Source: an uncultured Chloroflexia bacterium
Lineage (GTDB): Bacteria > Chloroflexota > Limnocylindria > Limnocylindrales > CSP1-4
Length of the DNA: 64,000 bases
Assembly (NCBI GenBank): GCA_963813535.1
Contig: CAWEZH010000002.1
Coordinates: 576,001 to 640,000, forward strand
Direction: 5' to 3'
Below the pieces are notes generated by a model, which saw only the letters and a program-made list of their open reading frames with translations, was not told the origin of the DNA and made no database searches. Within the stretch, counting starts at the first letter, position 1; each line of letters opens with the position of its first letter. Made by a program: the position numbers and the translations under genes. Below are positions 37,218 to 47,352 of this stretch, one piece after another.

Positions 37218-39485
37218 ATGACCGAATACATCGAGCTGCGAGGGGCGCGCGAGAACAACCTCAAGGACATCTCGCTGCGGATCCCAAAACGGCGGATCAC
37301 GATCTTCACCGGCGTGTCCGGCTCCGGGAAGTCGTCGATCGTGTTCGACACGATCGCGACCGAGGCGCAGCGGCAGCTCTACGAGAACTTCAGCATGTTC
37401 ATCCGGAGCTTCCTGCCGCGCTACCCGCAGCCCGAGGCCGACGCCATCGAGAACCTCAGCATGGCCGTGATCGTCGATCAGAAACGGCTGGGCGGCGGGT
37501 CGCACTCGACCGTCGGCACCGTGACCGACATCTACACCGCCCTTCGCCTGCTGTTCTCGCGCGTCGGCAAGCCCCATATCGGGTACTCGAACGTGTTCTC
37601 GTTCAATGACCCGCAGGGCATGTGCCCGGAGTGCAACGGGCTCGGTCGAAAGGCCGGTTTCGTCGTCGACGACCTGGTCGACATGACGAGATCGCTCAAC
37701 GAAGGCGCCGTCAAGGTGCCGTTCTGGGGAGACTGGGACATCAGCGCTTACGCCGCGTCGGGCTTCTTCGACAATGACAAGAAGGTCGCAGATTACACGC
37801 CCGCTGAGTTGGACCTGCTCCTGTACGGCAAGGACCGGAAGTACAAGCTGCCGATCGGCGACAAGGAGATGAACGCCTCGTACTTCGGCGTGGTCGAGAA
37901 GCTCGAGCGCAAGTACGTCAGGCAGGACATCAAAGCGCTCTCGGAGCGGACCCAGAAGCAGGTCGAGCCATACATGCGCATGCGGGTGTGCCCGCTGTGC
38001 AAGGGCGCTCGCCTGAGCCAGGCCGCGCTCAGCTCGAAGATCGACGGCCACGACATCGCCGAGCTTGCCGGTCTGGAGATCGGCGACCTCATCGCCGTCC
38101 TGCGACTGATGACCGATCCGGTCGGCGAGCCGATCGTCCGGACGCTCGTCGAACGCCTGCAGCACATGGTCGACATCGGCCTCGATTACCTCAGCCTCGA
38201 TCGCGAGACGGACACGCTGTCGGGCGGGGAGTCGCAGCGCGTCAAGCTCGTCAAGCACCTCGGGAGCAGCCTGGTCGACGTCATGTACATCCTCGACGAG
38301 CCGAGCATCGGGCTCCATCCACGCGACGTCCATCGGCTGACCGAGTTGCTGCAGCTGCTGCGCGACCGCGGCAACACCGTGCTCGTCGTCGAGCACGACC
38401 CCGACGTGATCAAGGCGGCGGACCACGTCGTCGACGTCGGGCCGCTCGCCGGGAGCGCCGGCGGGGAGATCGTGTTCGAGGGATCGTTCGCCGACCTGCG
38501 GACCACCGACACGCTCACGGGCCAGTACCTGGATCGCTCACTCCCGCTCAAGGAGCGCACCCGCACGCCGACCGGCTGGCTACCGGTCCGGGACGCGCGA
38601 GCCAACAACCTCAAGGGCGTCGACGTCGACATCCCGACAGCGGTGCTCACCGTCGTGACCGGCGTCGCGGGCTCGGGCAAGAGCTCGCTGATCGACGAGG
38701 TGTTCCTCCCGGAGCACCCGGAGGCCGTGGTGATCGATCAGTCCGCCGTCGGTACGTCGACCCGCTCCAACCCGGCCACCTACACCGGCGTGATGGACGA
38801 CATCCGCAAGGCGTTCGCGGTCGCCAACACGGTGGACGCCGGCCTGTTCAGCTTCAACTCGAAGGGTGCCTGCGAGAACTGCAATGGCTCGGGTGTCATC
38901 TACACGGAGTTGTCGTTCCTCGGGGGTGTCAAGACGCCGTGCGAGATCTGCGAGGGACGTCGGTTCAAGGACGAGGTCCTCGAGTACACGCTCGATGGCC
39001 GCAACGTCTCCGAGGTCCTCGCCCTCACCGTGGCCCAGGCGCTCGAGGCGTTCACCCAGAAGGACATCCGCCGCAAGCTCCAGGCCATGAGTGACGTCGG
39101 GCTCGACTACCTCACGCTCGGCCAGCCGCTGAGCACCCTATCGGGTGGTGAATGCCAGCGGATCAAGATGGCCAGCGAGCTGCACAGGAAGGGCAACATC
39201 TACGTCCTCGACGAGCCGACGACGGGACTCCACATGTCGGATACGAGCCACCTGCTCGAGATGCTCGACCGACTGGTCGACGCCGGCAACACGGTCATCG
39301 TCATCGAGCACAACCTCGACGTGGTCCGGAACGCCGACTGGATCATCGACCTCGGGCCGGAGGGTGGAAGCCGTGGCGGACAGCTGATCTTCAGCGGAAC
39401 GCCGAGCGGGATCCTCGAGGCGCCGGGCTCACTCACCGGCGAGTATCTCCGCCGGCGCGAACCCGCGGCAGCGATCCACGCCTGA
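37218..39485 (+). CDS. UvrA-like ABC ATPase, short class II (UvrA2/DrrC-like)
   Basis: GARENNLK, GVSGSGKSS, two LSGGE and LDEP sets, CxxC zinc fingers; 755 aa, shorter than canonical UvrA. Confidence 0.9.
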   Translation: MTEYIELRGARENNLKDISLRIPKRRITIFTGVSGSGKSSIVFDTIATEAQRQLYENFSMFIRSFLPRYPQPEADAIENLSMAVIVDQKRLGGGSHSTVGTVTDIYTALRLLFSRVGKPHIGYSNVFSFNDPQGMCPECNGLGRKAGFVVDDLVDMTRSLNEGAVKVPFWGDWDISAYAASGFFDNDKKVADYTPAELDLLLYGKDRKYKLPIGDKEMNASYFGVVEKLERKYVRQDIKALSERTQKQVEPYMRMRVCPLCKGARLSQAALSSKIDGHDIAELAGLEIGDLIAVLRLMTDPVGEPIVRTLVERLQHMVDIGLDYLSLDRETDTLSGGESQRVKLVKHLGSSLVDVMYILDEPSIGLHPRDVHRLTELLQLLRDRGNTVLVVEHDPDVIKAADHVVDVGPLAGSAGGEIVFEGSFADLRTTDTLTGQYLDRSLPLKERTRTPTGWLPVRDARANNLKGVDVDIPTAVLTVVTGVAGSGKSSLIDEVFLPEHPEAVVIDQSAVGTSTRSNPATYTGVMDDIRKAFAVANTVDAGLFSFNSKGACENCNGSGVIYTELSFLGGVKTPCEICEGRRFKDEVLEYTLDGRNVSEVLALTVAQALEAFTQKDIRRKLQAMSDVGLDYLTLGQPLSTLSGGECQRIKMASELHRKGNIYVLDEPTTGLHMSDTSHLLEMLDRLVDAGNTVIVIEHNLDVVRNADWIIDLGPEGGSRGGQLIFSGTPSGILEAPGSLTGEYLRRREPAAAIHA

Positions 39486-39572
39486 CCGTCGGGGGCTGAC
39501 GGCCGGGGAGTAGGCTGGGGGCGCCCACCGACTCGACCGTTGCCAGGCCGGCTTGGGCGGGAAGGGTCCGTC

Positions 39573-40385
39573 ATGACGACGACCACCGCTACCGTGCCGC
39601 GCGATGACGGGCGTTCCGTCCGGGACCAGGTCGCGAGCGTCGCCCTGTTCGTCGCGATCACGCTGACGTTCGCCCTCATCGCCACCGTCCTCGCGATCAA
39701 CTCCGGCGCGGACCCGAACCTGCTCGCGTTCCCGTTGGCACTGGCACCAGCGCTCATCGCGATCGCCCTCGCATGGCGCGAGGGCGCAGTCCGCCAGCTG
39801 CTACGCCGGCTGGCGGTCCTTCCGGCACGGCCGATCTGGTTCGCCACCTTGTTGCTGCCGCTGGCGGCGTTCCTCGCCGTCGATGTCGTCGCCGTGGCCC
39901 TTGGCGAACCGATCACCGGCCTGTTCGACAGCGTCTTCCCGGCCGTCCTCATCGTGCCGCTGGTCGTGCTCCTTCCTGCGATCACCGAGGAGATCGGCTG
40001 GCGCGGCTTCGCCCTCCACCGATCCCTGAGCGCGACATCGCCGTTGCGTGCCGCGCTGATCCTCGGCGTCCCGTGGACACTCATCCACGTCGGCCTGTTC
40101 CTCCCCGGCCAGATGAATGCGGGAGCGGCCTACTGGTCGATGGCGACCCAGATCATGTCCATGTCGGTGATCCTGGCCTGGGTCTACGTGGGTACTGGTC
40201 GGAGCATCTTGATGGCTGCCCTCATGCACGCGCTCTTCAATGGGTTCGTGCCGCTGTCGGGCGGGGTCGAACCCGAGCTCGCCTGGGCCATCCGCGGCAT
40301 CGTGTGGCCGATCATCGCGCTCGCGATCGTCGCGCTCGGCGGGTTCCGCGGTCTCGACCTACGTGGGCAGCACACCGAGGCCTAG
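39573..40385 (+). CDS. CPBP (CAAX/Abi) intramembrane metalloprotease
   Basis: EEIGWRGF, W..IH and HALFN motifs. Confidence 0.9.
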   Translation: MTTTTATVPRDDGRSVRDQVASVALFVAITLTFALIATVLAINSGADPNLLAFPLALAPALIAIALAWREGAVRQLLRRLAVLPARPIWFATLLLPLAAFLAVDVVAVALGEPITGLFDSVFPAVLIVPLVVLLPAITEEIGWRGFALHRSLSATSPLRAALILGVPWTLIHVGLFLPGQMNAGAAYWSMATQIMSMSVILAWVYVGTGRSILMAALMHALFNGFVPLSGGVEPELAWAIRGIVWPIIALAIVALGGFRGLDLRGQHTEA

Positions 40386-40416
40386 GCGATCCGCCCGGAC
40401 CACGGAGGCGTCCGTC

Positions 40417-41070
40417 TCAGGACCCGGTGACCACCGGATCGCCCTGTCGGCCGGGCACCTTGCGAAGCCGTGAGGGGTGGCGAAGCAGAGTGATCGCCGC
40501 GCCCAGCAGCGCGCCCGAGGCGGTCTCGGCCAGGTCGGTCATGGTGTCGTCGTAGGTCAGGTCCATGCCCTTCGCGCCGAGCTTCAGGCCGACCCACTCG
40601 GCGATCTCCCAGATCCCGGCCGCCGCGATCCCCGCCAGCGCCGCGACCCCGGCCGCCTCCCATGACGTCTTGACCCGCGGCGTGGCCAGTGCCCCGGCGA
40701 CCGAGGCCACGGTCGCGCCATCGGCGAAGTGGATCAGGTCGTCGATGTGGGCGCGGCGGTAGATGCCGATCGCGTTCCCGCCCGCGTCGACGAGCAACGG
40801 CAGCGTCACGGCGAGGTCGAGCTCACGCGGATACGGCTGCGGTCGTCCGGCGACACGCCACGCCAATGGCACGAGCAGCATCCCGCCCGTATAGCCGATC
40901 GCCCGGATGCGCATCGCCTTGCCGCTATACCGCGGCGCGTTGGAGTTGACGAAGGCGTCGATCGCCAGCGCCACGACCGCGGCCTTTGCGGCGCTGATCC
41001 CGGCAACCCATACGACATCGCCAGGAGTCGGCGGTGGCGTCGTCGACGCGCTCCCGGTGGACGGGGTCAC
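40417..41070 (-). CDS. Hypothetical membrane protein (possible metal-binding DxxxH/WExxE/DT motifs)
   Basis: DDLIHF, WEIAEW and YDDTMTDL between TM helices; GTGA overlap. Confidence 0.65.
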   Translation of the reverse strand: MTPSTGSASTTPPPTPGDVVWVAGISAAKAAVVALAIDAFVNSNAPRYSGKAMRIRAIGYTGGMLLVPLAWRVAGRPQPYPRELDLAVTLPLLVDAGGNAIGIYRRAHIDDLIHFADGATVASVAGALATPRVKTSWEAAGVAALAGIAAAGIWEIAEWVGLKLGAKGMDLTYDDTMTDLAETASGALLGAAITLLRHPSRLRKVPGRQGDPVVTGS

Positions 41071-41495
41071 GGATTCCACGGCCCGACCCCGGAGATGCGT
41101 TCGGGCGTGATGTGGAGGACGAAGCCCGGCGGCGGATCCGGCATCGCCGGGAACACCACTTCCGGTCCGAGGTAGATCCGGGCCAGCCGTTGGAGCAGCT
41201 CCGGCGCGCCACCCTCCGTCACGCGGCCCAGGCCGTTGATGACCAGGTACTCGCGCAGGCCCCACTGATTGACGACGTCGGACTGGACGGTGAGCGCGAC
41301 GCGCGGGTCGCGGCGCACATTGCGCAGCTTGCGCTGGTCGTGCAGCGTGCCGATCACGATGTCACCGTCCTCGACACCGACCCAGGCCGAGCTCAGGTGC
41401 GGGGTCCCGTCGGCGTCCAGCGTCACCACGGACGCGACGGCCGCCGTCTCGAGCAGCCGTCGCGCAGGGACCGGCAGATGGTCAGCCGGCGACAA
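41067..41495 (-). CDS. PPOX-class F420-dependent oxidoreductase
   Basis: TLDADGTPH and KLRNVRRDPRVAL. Confidence 0.88.
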   Translation of the reverse strand: MSPADHLPVPARRLLETAAVASVVTLDADGTPHLSSAWVGVEDGDIVIGTLHDQRKLRNVRRDPRVALTVQSDVVNQWGLREYLVINGLGRVTEGGAPELLQRLARIYLGPEVVFPAMPDPPPGFVLHITPERISGVGPWNP

Positions 41496-42252
41496 GCGTC
41501 ATCAGCCCGAAGGATGCCCCTTGCGGATCGCTCACGATCGACATGCGCCCGCCGGGGAAGTCGAGCGGCGGGACGAGCTCTGACGCCCCCGCATCGATCG
41601 CTTGCCGATGCGTCGCATCCACGTCGTCCACGGTGAAATAGGCCATCCAGTAGTTCGGCACGTTCGCCGGCACCATCGGGTCCATCTCCGTCGCGCCCGC
41701 GATGCTCTCGCCGTCGACCTGGAACTCCGTGTACGGCTGGGAATCGGATCCTGTCGTCTTGAGACCCCAGCCGAAGACCCGCTCATAGAACGGCAGTGCC
41801 GATGCCACGTTTCGGGCGTTCAGGTCGGCCCACCCGAAGGCCCCCTGTCCGGTGGTCTGGAAGCCACCCATCCGCGTCGATTGCCAGGCCGAGATGAACG
41901 CCCCGGTCGGGTCCTGGAAGACTGCCATCCGGCCCTGATCGCCGACGTCGAACGGCGCGGCGACGACCGATCCGCCGGCGGCCATGACGGCGTTCGCAAG
42001 AGCGTCGACGTCGTCGGTGCCGACATAGACGTTCCAGGCTGCGGGCTGATCAGGTGACTGCGTGCCGCCGATCCCGGCCACGTCACGGCCGTCGAGTTTC
42101 GCGCGGCCGTAGCCGCCGTACTGGGGATCCGGGTTGACCTCGATCTCCCAACCGAACACCGTGGAATAGAAGTCCCGGGCTGCCCCGGGGTCTGGTGCCG
42201 ACAGGTCGATCCAGGTCGGCTTGTTCGTCAATGCCGTTGCCGCTTCTGCCAT
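41482..42252 (-). CDS. Two-domain VOC protein (CFP32-like)
   Basis: WIDL, FYSTVFGW, GRMAVFQDPTGA, with a repeated second domain. Confidence 0.9.
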   Translation of the reverse strand: MAEAATALTNKPTWIDLSAPDPGAARDFYSTVFGWEIEVNPDPQYGGYGRAKLDGRDVAGIGGTQSPDQPAAWNVYVGTDDVDALANAVMAAGGSVVAAPFDVGDQGRMAVFQDPTGAFISAWQSTRMGGFQTTGQGAFGWADLNARNVASALPFYERVFGWGLKTTGSDSQPYTEFQVDGESIAGATEMDPMVPANVPNYWMAYFTVDDVDATHRQAIDAGASELVPPLDFPGGRMSIVSDPQGASFGLMTLVAG

Positions 42253-42464
42253 GGCTCGATCCTCCGTCGAGTGTCCATCGGCGATGCGCGCCGGGCGCGC
42301 CTGGGGGCGTCGATTGTCGCACGGACCTGTCAGGCCGACCCACCGGACCGAGGCGCACCAGGGCCTCGTCCATCACCAGGCGAGAACAGCACGACGAGCG
42401 CCACCAGGCGCTCGTCGTGCTGTTCGAAGTCCGGTCTCCCGCCCGGGGAGACCGCGTGACCGAC

Positions 42465-43025
42465 CTATCCAGGCGTGTCGGTCGACGAGGGTGGCGGTCC
42501 GCCTGGGGCGGGAGGTGCCGCGGGGGCAGGGGCCGGTGCCGGCGGCGGGGCCGCCATCGCCTGTGCGGCAGCGGCGTTCGCCCTCTGCGCTTCTTCGAGC
42601 GCTGCCCGCTGGTCGGGTGTCAGCAGCGACATCTCGTGCTCCATGAACTGATTCCGGACGCCGGGATAGTTCAGGTAGAAGAAGATCGCGATCGACAGCA
42701 GGTAGGCGATCATCTCGGACTCCGTGGTGGCCGTGCCACCGAGGATCGCAAAGAAGCCGAAGATGATCGTGAAGAGGCTGATGAAGTTGCCGAACGACCA
42801 GGCGTAGGCGCGCACGTTCCAGAAACCCATCGCGACCCAGAACCAGATCGCGGCAAGGATCACCGCCCACAGCGCCTGACCCCATTGGGCTTCAGGGAAT
42901 GACACTTCCTTGCCGAAGAACGTCCAGCTGACGACCCCCAGGAACAGGAGGACCCGCCATACTTGGAAGAGGCCGGCCAGGCCTGCCCCCAAGGCGAGCA
43001 ATGTCACCCCGATCGGTCGATTCAT
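42465..43025 (-). CDS. Four-TM membrane protein with a Pro/Ala-rich tail
   Basis: MNRPIGVTLL start with SD GGAGG; four hydrophobic segments; YL..PGVR. Confidence 0.75.
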   Translation of the reverse strand: MNRPIGVTLLALGAGLAGLFQVWRVLLFLGVVSWTFFGKEVSFPEAQWGQALWAVILAAIWFWVAMGFWNVRAYAWSFGNFISLFTIIFGFFAILGGTATTESEMIAYLLSIAIFFYLNYPGVRNQFMEHEMSLLTPDQRAALEEAQRANAAAAQAMAAPPPAPAPAPAAPPAPGGPPPSSTDTPG

Positions 43026-43371
43026 CGTTGTTTGCCCTCCCATTGCTGGTGCTCGTTCCCGAGCCGCTTGACGCCCGGCATCATCAGTCGCCCACGAAAT
43101 GTGGTGGTACGCGACGATGCTAGTCCTCGGTGCGTCGATACACCATGCCCGACACGCACTTCGTGGGGTGCGCCGACACGCCAAATCTGACGGTGTGGGC
43201 ACCATCGGTCTGACTGCGACGCCCCCGGGACGGGCCGTAACAGGGTGCTGCAATGTCAAGCGCCCGCTTTGCGGCGCGCCCGCTCGACGGACCGTGAGAG
43301 TCTGGTACGCGACATGCCCTTCGACATGAGCGACGGAAGCGGTGGTCCGACCGCGGTCCTGACGTAACGGC

Positions 43372-44343
43372 GTGAACGAGCTCGCGTATCGGGCGGCGGA
43401 ACGCCGGCTGTGGCGATCCATCGGTGCCAGGCCGGTCGAACGGACCATCCATCTCGAGCGGATCGACGTCGACGTGCGGATCCAGGAGGTCGGCCAGGGT
43501 CCGCCGGTCCTGTTCATCCATGGCGTCGCCACGAGCGGTGTCAGTTGGGCCGGTCTCGCGGCACGGGCCGGGGGGTTCCGGTGTCTGATCCTGGATCGAC
43601 CGGGTACGGGGCTGAGCAGCCCGCTGGGCCGTCCGATCGACCCGGAGACACTCGCCGAGATGGCCGACGTCCTCGTCGCCGACGTCCTCGATGCCCTCGA
43701 CCTGCCATCGGCCCACCTTGTCGCGAGCTCGTTCGGTGGCTACATGGCGTTGCGCTCGGCGGCGGCCACGCCCGAACGCGTCAAACGGATGGTCCAGTTC
43801 AGCTGGCCGGTCGGAGCGCCGACCCGGACGCTGCCCCTGTTCCTCCGCGCGATGAGTGTTCCTGGCTTCGGTCGGCTGGTGGCGTCCATCCCCCGGAACG
43901 AGCGATCGATGCGGATGCTCTTCCGCCAGATGGGTCACGGCGACAAGCTGGCCGACGGACGCATCACGGAGGCCGACCTTGCGGCGTACCTGGCGCTGCT
44001 CCGCTACACGGACACGATGCGCAACGAGTTCGCGCCCGCCAGGGCGTTGATCTCGCCGCTCGGTGGGCTCGAACGCCTGCATCTGCCCGACGATGTCCTG
44101 GCCCGGGTCGCGTGCCCGACCCTGTTCATCTGGGGCGGTCGTGACCCGTTCGGGGGCGAGGACGCAGCCCGGGCACTCGTCGCGCGCATGCCCTCGGCCG
44201 AACTCGCGCTGATGCCGAGCGCCGGTCATAGCCCGTGGCTGGACGAGATGGACGCATGCGTATCGGCGATGACGTCGTTCCTCGACACCGGCGCGGCGCG
44301 TCCTTCGACGGTCGAACGGTCGAAGCGGGCGGCGATCGCATGA
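43372..44343 (+). CDS. Alpha/beta fold hydrolase
   Basis: LFIHG, DRPGTGLS, ASSFGG and GHSPW. Confidence 0.88.
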   Translation: MNELAYRAAERRLWRSIGARPVERTIHLERIDVDVRIQEVGQGPPVLFIHGVATSGVSWAGLAARAGGFRCLILDRPGTGLSSPLGRPIDPETLAEMADVLVADVLDALDLPSAHLVASSFGGYMALRSAAATPERVKRMVQFSWPVGAPTRTLPLFLRAMSVPGFGRLVASIPRNERSMRMLFRQMGHGDKLADGRITEADLAAYLALLRYTDTMRNEFAPARALISPLGGLERLHLPDDVLARVACPTLFIWGGRDPFGGEDAARALVARMPSAELALMPSAGHSPWLDEMDACVSAMTSFLDTGAARPSTVERSKRAAIA

Positions 44344-44402
44344 GGCTCCCACCTCGCCGACCGTAGGGCACACTTTCTCTTGTGACCCCTCGCCGATCCG
44401 CC

Positions 44403-45350
44403 ATGCCCGACTTCATCCCGCCGATGCTCGCGACGCTGGTAGCCGCGCCGTTCGATGACCCGGACTGGTCGTTCGAGATCAAGTGGGACGGCTTCCGCGT
44501 CGAGACGGTGGTCGACCGCGGCAAGGTGCGGATGTGGACGCGCGGGCAACAGGATGCGGCACGCTATTTCGGGCCGTTCCTTGATCCGGCCGACTGGATC
44601 GCCGCCGACCAGGCGATCGTCGATGGCGAGGTGATCGCGCTCGACGACCACGGCGAACCCGACTTCGCCCTCCTCCAGGCGCGCATCAAGGGTCGCGGCA
44701 CGGGAGGATCACCGACGCCATTCGTCTACGAGGTGTTCGACCTGATGCACCTCGACGGTCGATCGCTGCTCGACGAGCCACTGGACGTTCGCCGGGCGCT
44801 CCTGAAGGACGTCATCGGCGCCGATCCGCGTGTCCGGCTCAGCGAGGACATCGCAGGGGAGGGGCTGGCGTTCTTCGAGGCCGCGAGGAAGCGTGGTCTC
44901 GAGGGCATCATGGCCAAGGACCGGCGCTCTCCATACCTGCCCGGCAAGCGCGCGATGTCGTGGCAGAAGGTCAAGATCCGGCCCGAGCAGGAGCTCGTCG
45001 TCGGCGGGTGGACCAAGGGCACCGGCAAAGCCGTCGAGCTCGGGGCATTGTTGGTCGGCGTGTATGAGGACGGCGCGCTCCGCTATGCGGGCAAGATCGG
45101 TGCCGGTTTCAATGACGCCATCCGCCGCGAGCTGCTCGAGGCGATCGCACCGCTCGCTGCCGATGCACCACCGTTCGCGGAGCCACCGCCACGCGCCGTG
45201 TCGAAGAGCGCCCTCTGGCTACGTCCCGACCTGGTGATCAGGGCCGAGTTCGCCGGCTGGACCGGGGACGGCCTCGTCCGCCAGGCGGCCTACAAGGGTT
45301 TCGATCTCGGGAAGGATCCCCGCAAGGTCCGTCGGGAGATGCCGCGATGA
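44403..45350 (+). CDS. ligD: ATP-dependent DNA ligase (LigD ligase domain only)
   Basis: PMLATL, EIKWDGFR adenylation motif, DGEV, FDL, EGIMAK and WQKVK. Confidence 0.9.
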   Translation: MPDFIPPMLATLVAAPFDDPDWSFEIKWDGFRVETVVDRGKVRMWTRGQQDAARYFGPFLDPADWIAADQAIVDGEVIALDDHGEPDFALLQARIKGRGTGGSPTPFVYEVFDLMHLDGRSLLDEPLDVRRALLKDVIGADPRVRLSEDIAGEGLAFFEAARKRGLEGIMAKDRRSPYLPGKRAMSWQKVKIRPEQELVVGGWTKGTGKAVELGALLVGVYEDGALRYAGKIGAGFNDAIRRELLEAIAPLAADAPPFAEPPPRAVSKSALWLRPDLVIRAEFAGWTGDGLVRQAAYKGFDLGKDPRKVRREMPR

Positions 45351-45483
45351 GCACAGCGTTGACATGACGACGGTGTGCTTGCCGAAATAGCGGCTGGACG
45401 CGCGAGCCGTTCACGAGCGAGAGCGGCCAGCACGTCTCGGTCTGGCAAAGGGCAGCCGGGGCGGCGGCCGTCGGAAGCTCTGG

Positions 45484-46845
45484 CTAGGGACTCCAGAAGC
45501 CGATCTCGCCGTCCAGGGCGATCGGCTCCGATCCATCCGGAAAGTGCACGCTGACGCGGGTCACGCCGTCGGGGCCCACCTCCGGCAACAGGATCGACGA
45601 GCTGTCCGGAGCCCAGACCCGATGACTGAGGGCGTACTGGTCGAAGTAGGCGAGGAAGGCGCTCACGAAGCGCTCGCCCGGTCGGACGATCGGCTGGGAC
45701 AGGATCTCGCCCGAGGCGACGTCGACGAACAACAACCTGACCTCCGTGTCCGGCTCGGCTGACGGGGCGCCCGCCTGCGTCGCCGAACCGACTGCTGGCT
45801 GGACGCGCAACGCCGCGATCGTCCTGCCGTCGGGCGACCACCAGAAGCTGACGACCAAGCCGTCGACCAGCGTCCGGATCTCGCCCGACGCCGCGTCCAT
45901 GAGCCGGATCGGCCCAAGAGGGAAGCCCGGCAGGTCACCAGGCTCGCTCGGACCGATCGACGCGACCCGTCCACCGGCGGGATCGAACACCACAGCGGTC
46001 TGGCCGAACGCCGACATCACGTGCTCGTTCGACCCGTCACGACGTGACACGACGACATCGCCGGGACCCCCGATGGCGCCACGGACGAAGGCGATCGACT
46101 CGTGGTCGGGGCTGACGACGCCCGAACGGAAGTCGCCGGGCTTCTCGAGTCCAGGACCGGCGGCACCACCATCGAGCTCGATCTCGCCGAGGAAGGCGTC
46201 CGACCCGACGCCGATATGAGCGAACAACCGATCACCGGCAAGCCAGTCGTAGTAGAAGGGGTTGCCCGACTTGACCACCGAGCCGGCACCGCTACCGTCG
46301 ACGGGGGCACTCCCGTCCGCCGGCGCGAGCCGTAGCGAGAGCACGTCGGCCTCGGTCGCCAGGAAGGACACGCGGTCACCTTCCGGCGTCCAGAACAGGT
46401 AGAACGGTGCGGCGCTCGCCTTCTCGAAGACGACGACCGGATCGGCCTGCGCGGCGCCGAGGTCGGCCGCGTCGAACACGACGACGGACGACTGCGTCCC
46501 GTCGGAGCGGACGGCCGCGATATGCGTGCCATCGGGCGACCAGGTGGGGAAGCCGAACTGACCGTCCGCCGCATCCGCCAGGAGCGCCGATCCGCCATCC
46601 GCGCCGACGACCGAGATCGACCCATCGGCGCCCAGGAGCGCGATCGAACCAGACGATGCGATCGACCGCCCTGGACTCGCAGCCGCGCTGGGTGCCGGGC
46701 TCGCGTTCGTGCTGGATGACGGAGCCACACTCGGGGAGGCGGGGGCTGTCGGAGCGGGCGAGGGCGACGGCTCGCCGCATGCCGCTGCGGCGACCAACAT
46801 CAGGGTCGCCGCGACCGCGAGGGCGCGAGAGCCCGTCGACGCCAT
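45484..46845 (-). CDS. Lipoprotein with TolB/PD40-like beta-propeller repeats
   Basis: Lipobox-like AAAC, Ser/Pro linker, repeated WSPDG/WTPEG/WAPDS motifs. Confidence 0.8.
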   Translation of the reverse strand: MASTGSRALAVAATLMLVAAAACGEPSPSPAPTAPASPSVAPSSSTNASPAPSAAASPGRSIASSGSIALLGADGSISVVGADGGSALLADAADGQFGFPTWSPDGTHIAAVRSDGTQSSVVVFDAADLGAAQADPVVVFEKASAAPFYLFWTPEGDRVSFLATEADVLSLRLAPADGSAPVDGSGAGSVVKSGNPFYYDWLAGDRLFAHIGVGSDAFLGEIELDGGAAGPGLEKPGDFRSGVVSPDHESIAFVRGAIGGPGDVVVSRRDGSNEHVMSAFGQTAVVFDPAGGRVASIGPSEPGDLPGFPLGPIRLMDAASGEIRTLVDGLVVSFWWSPDGRTIAALRVQPAVGSATQAGAPSAEPDTEVRLLFVDVASGEILSQPIVRPGERFVSAFLAYFDQYALSHRVWAPDSSSILLPEVGPDGVTRVSVHFPDGSEPIALDGEIGFWSP

Positions 46846-46933
46846 CACGTAACGATACGCGCCGGGCATGACGTCGGATGCGGTCTCGATCCGTGACAGC
46901 GAACCTGTCAGCCGGTGACCCGACGCTACCGAC

Positions 46934-47185
46934 ATGGCAGGCGGTTCGGGTGACTTCAGACGCGCCGAGGCAGCGTGGTCGGCGGGGCGGCGCATGATCG
47001 CCCGCAAGGATCGGCCGTGCTACCGCGTGGCGGAGACGGGTGACGGGACGACGTTCCACATCATCGAGCTGCCGTGGATCGCGCCGTTCGCGGCGACCCG
47101 GTCGACCGCCGTCGAACGCGCACGGCAGACGGTCAGCGCCTGGCTCGACGTCGACCCGCAGGCCTTCGATATCGAGCGCGACTAG
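46934..47185 (+). CDS. Small HicB-like (antitoxin N-terminal fold) protein
   Basis: IELP......TRS.AVERAR..V..WLDVDP..FDIE resembles actinobacterial HicB-like proteins. Confidence 0.55.
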   Translation: MAGGSGDFRRAEAAWSAGRRMIARKDRPCYRVAETGDGTTFHIIELPWIAPFAATRSTAVERARQTVSAWLDVDPQAFDIERD

Positions 47186-47352
47186 TGCGACACGATTGCC
47201 AGTGTCGCCAAAGCACCGCATTCTTGGGCCTGGTGCTTCGGCGCACCCCGGGCTAGGAAGAAAGGACTACCCTTCAACACGACCCGGCGAGGGGACAGCG
47301 CCGGCCATGATCGATCCGCGATGCGGGCCTAGCCTCAGGGGGAGTCCAGGTC

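Noticed and set aside
45351-45483. Possible small RNA between ligD and the TolB-like gene (contains TTGACA and weak stems)
   Set aside because: No matching -10 box at proper spacing and no recognisable RNA family; more simply a terminator region between convergent genes
47186-47352. c-di-GMP riboswitch ahead of the TadA-like gene
   Set aside because: No GEMM consensus (GGCAAAC..GAAA..GACGCAAAG) is visible; kept only as an unassigned structured spacer
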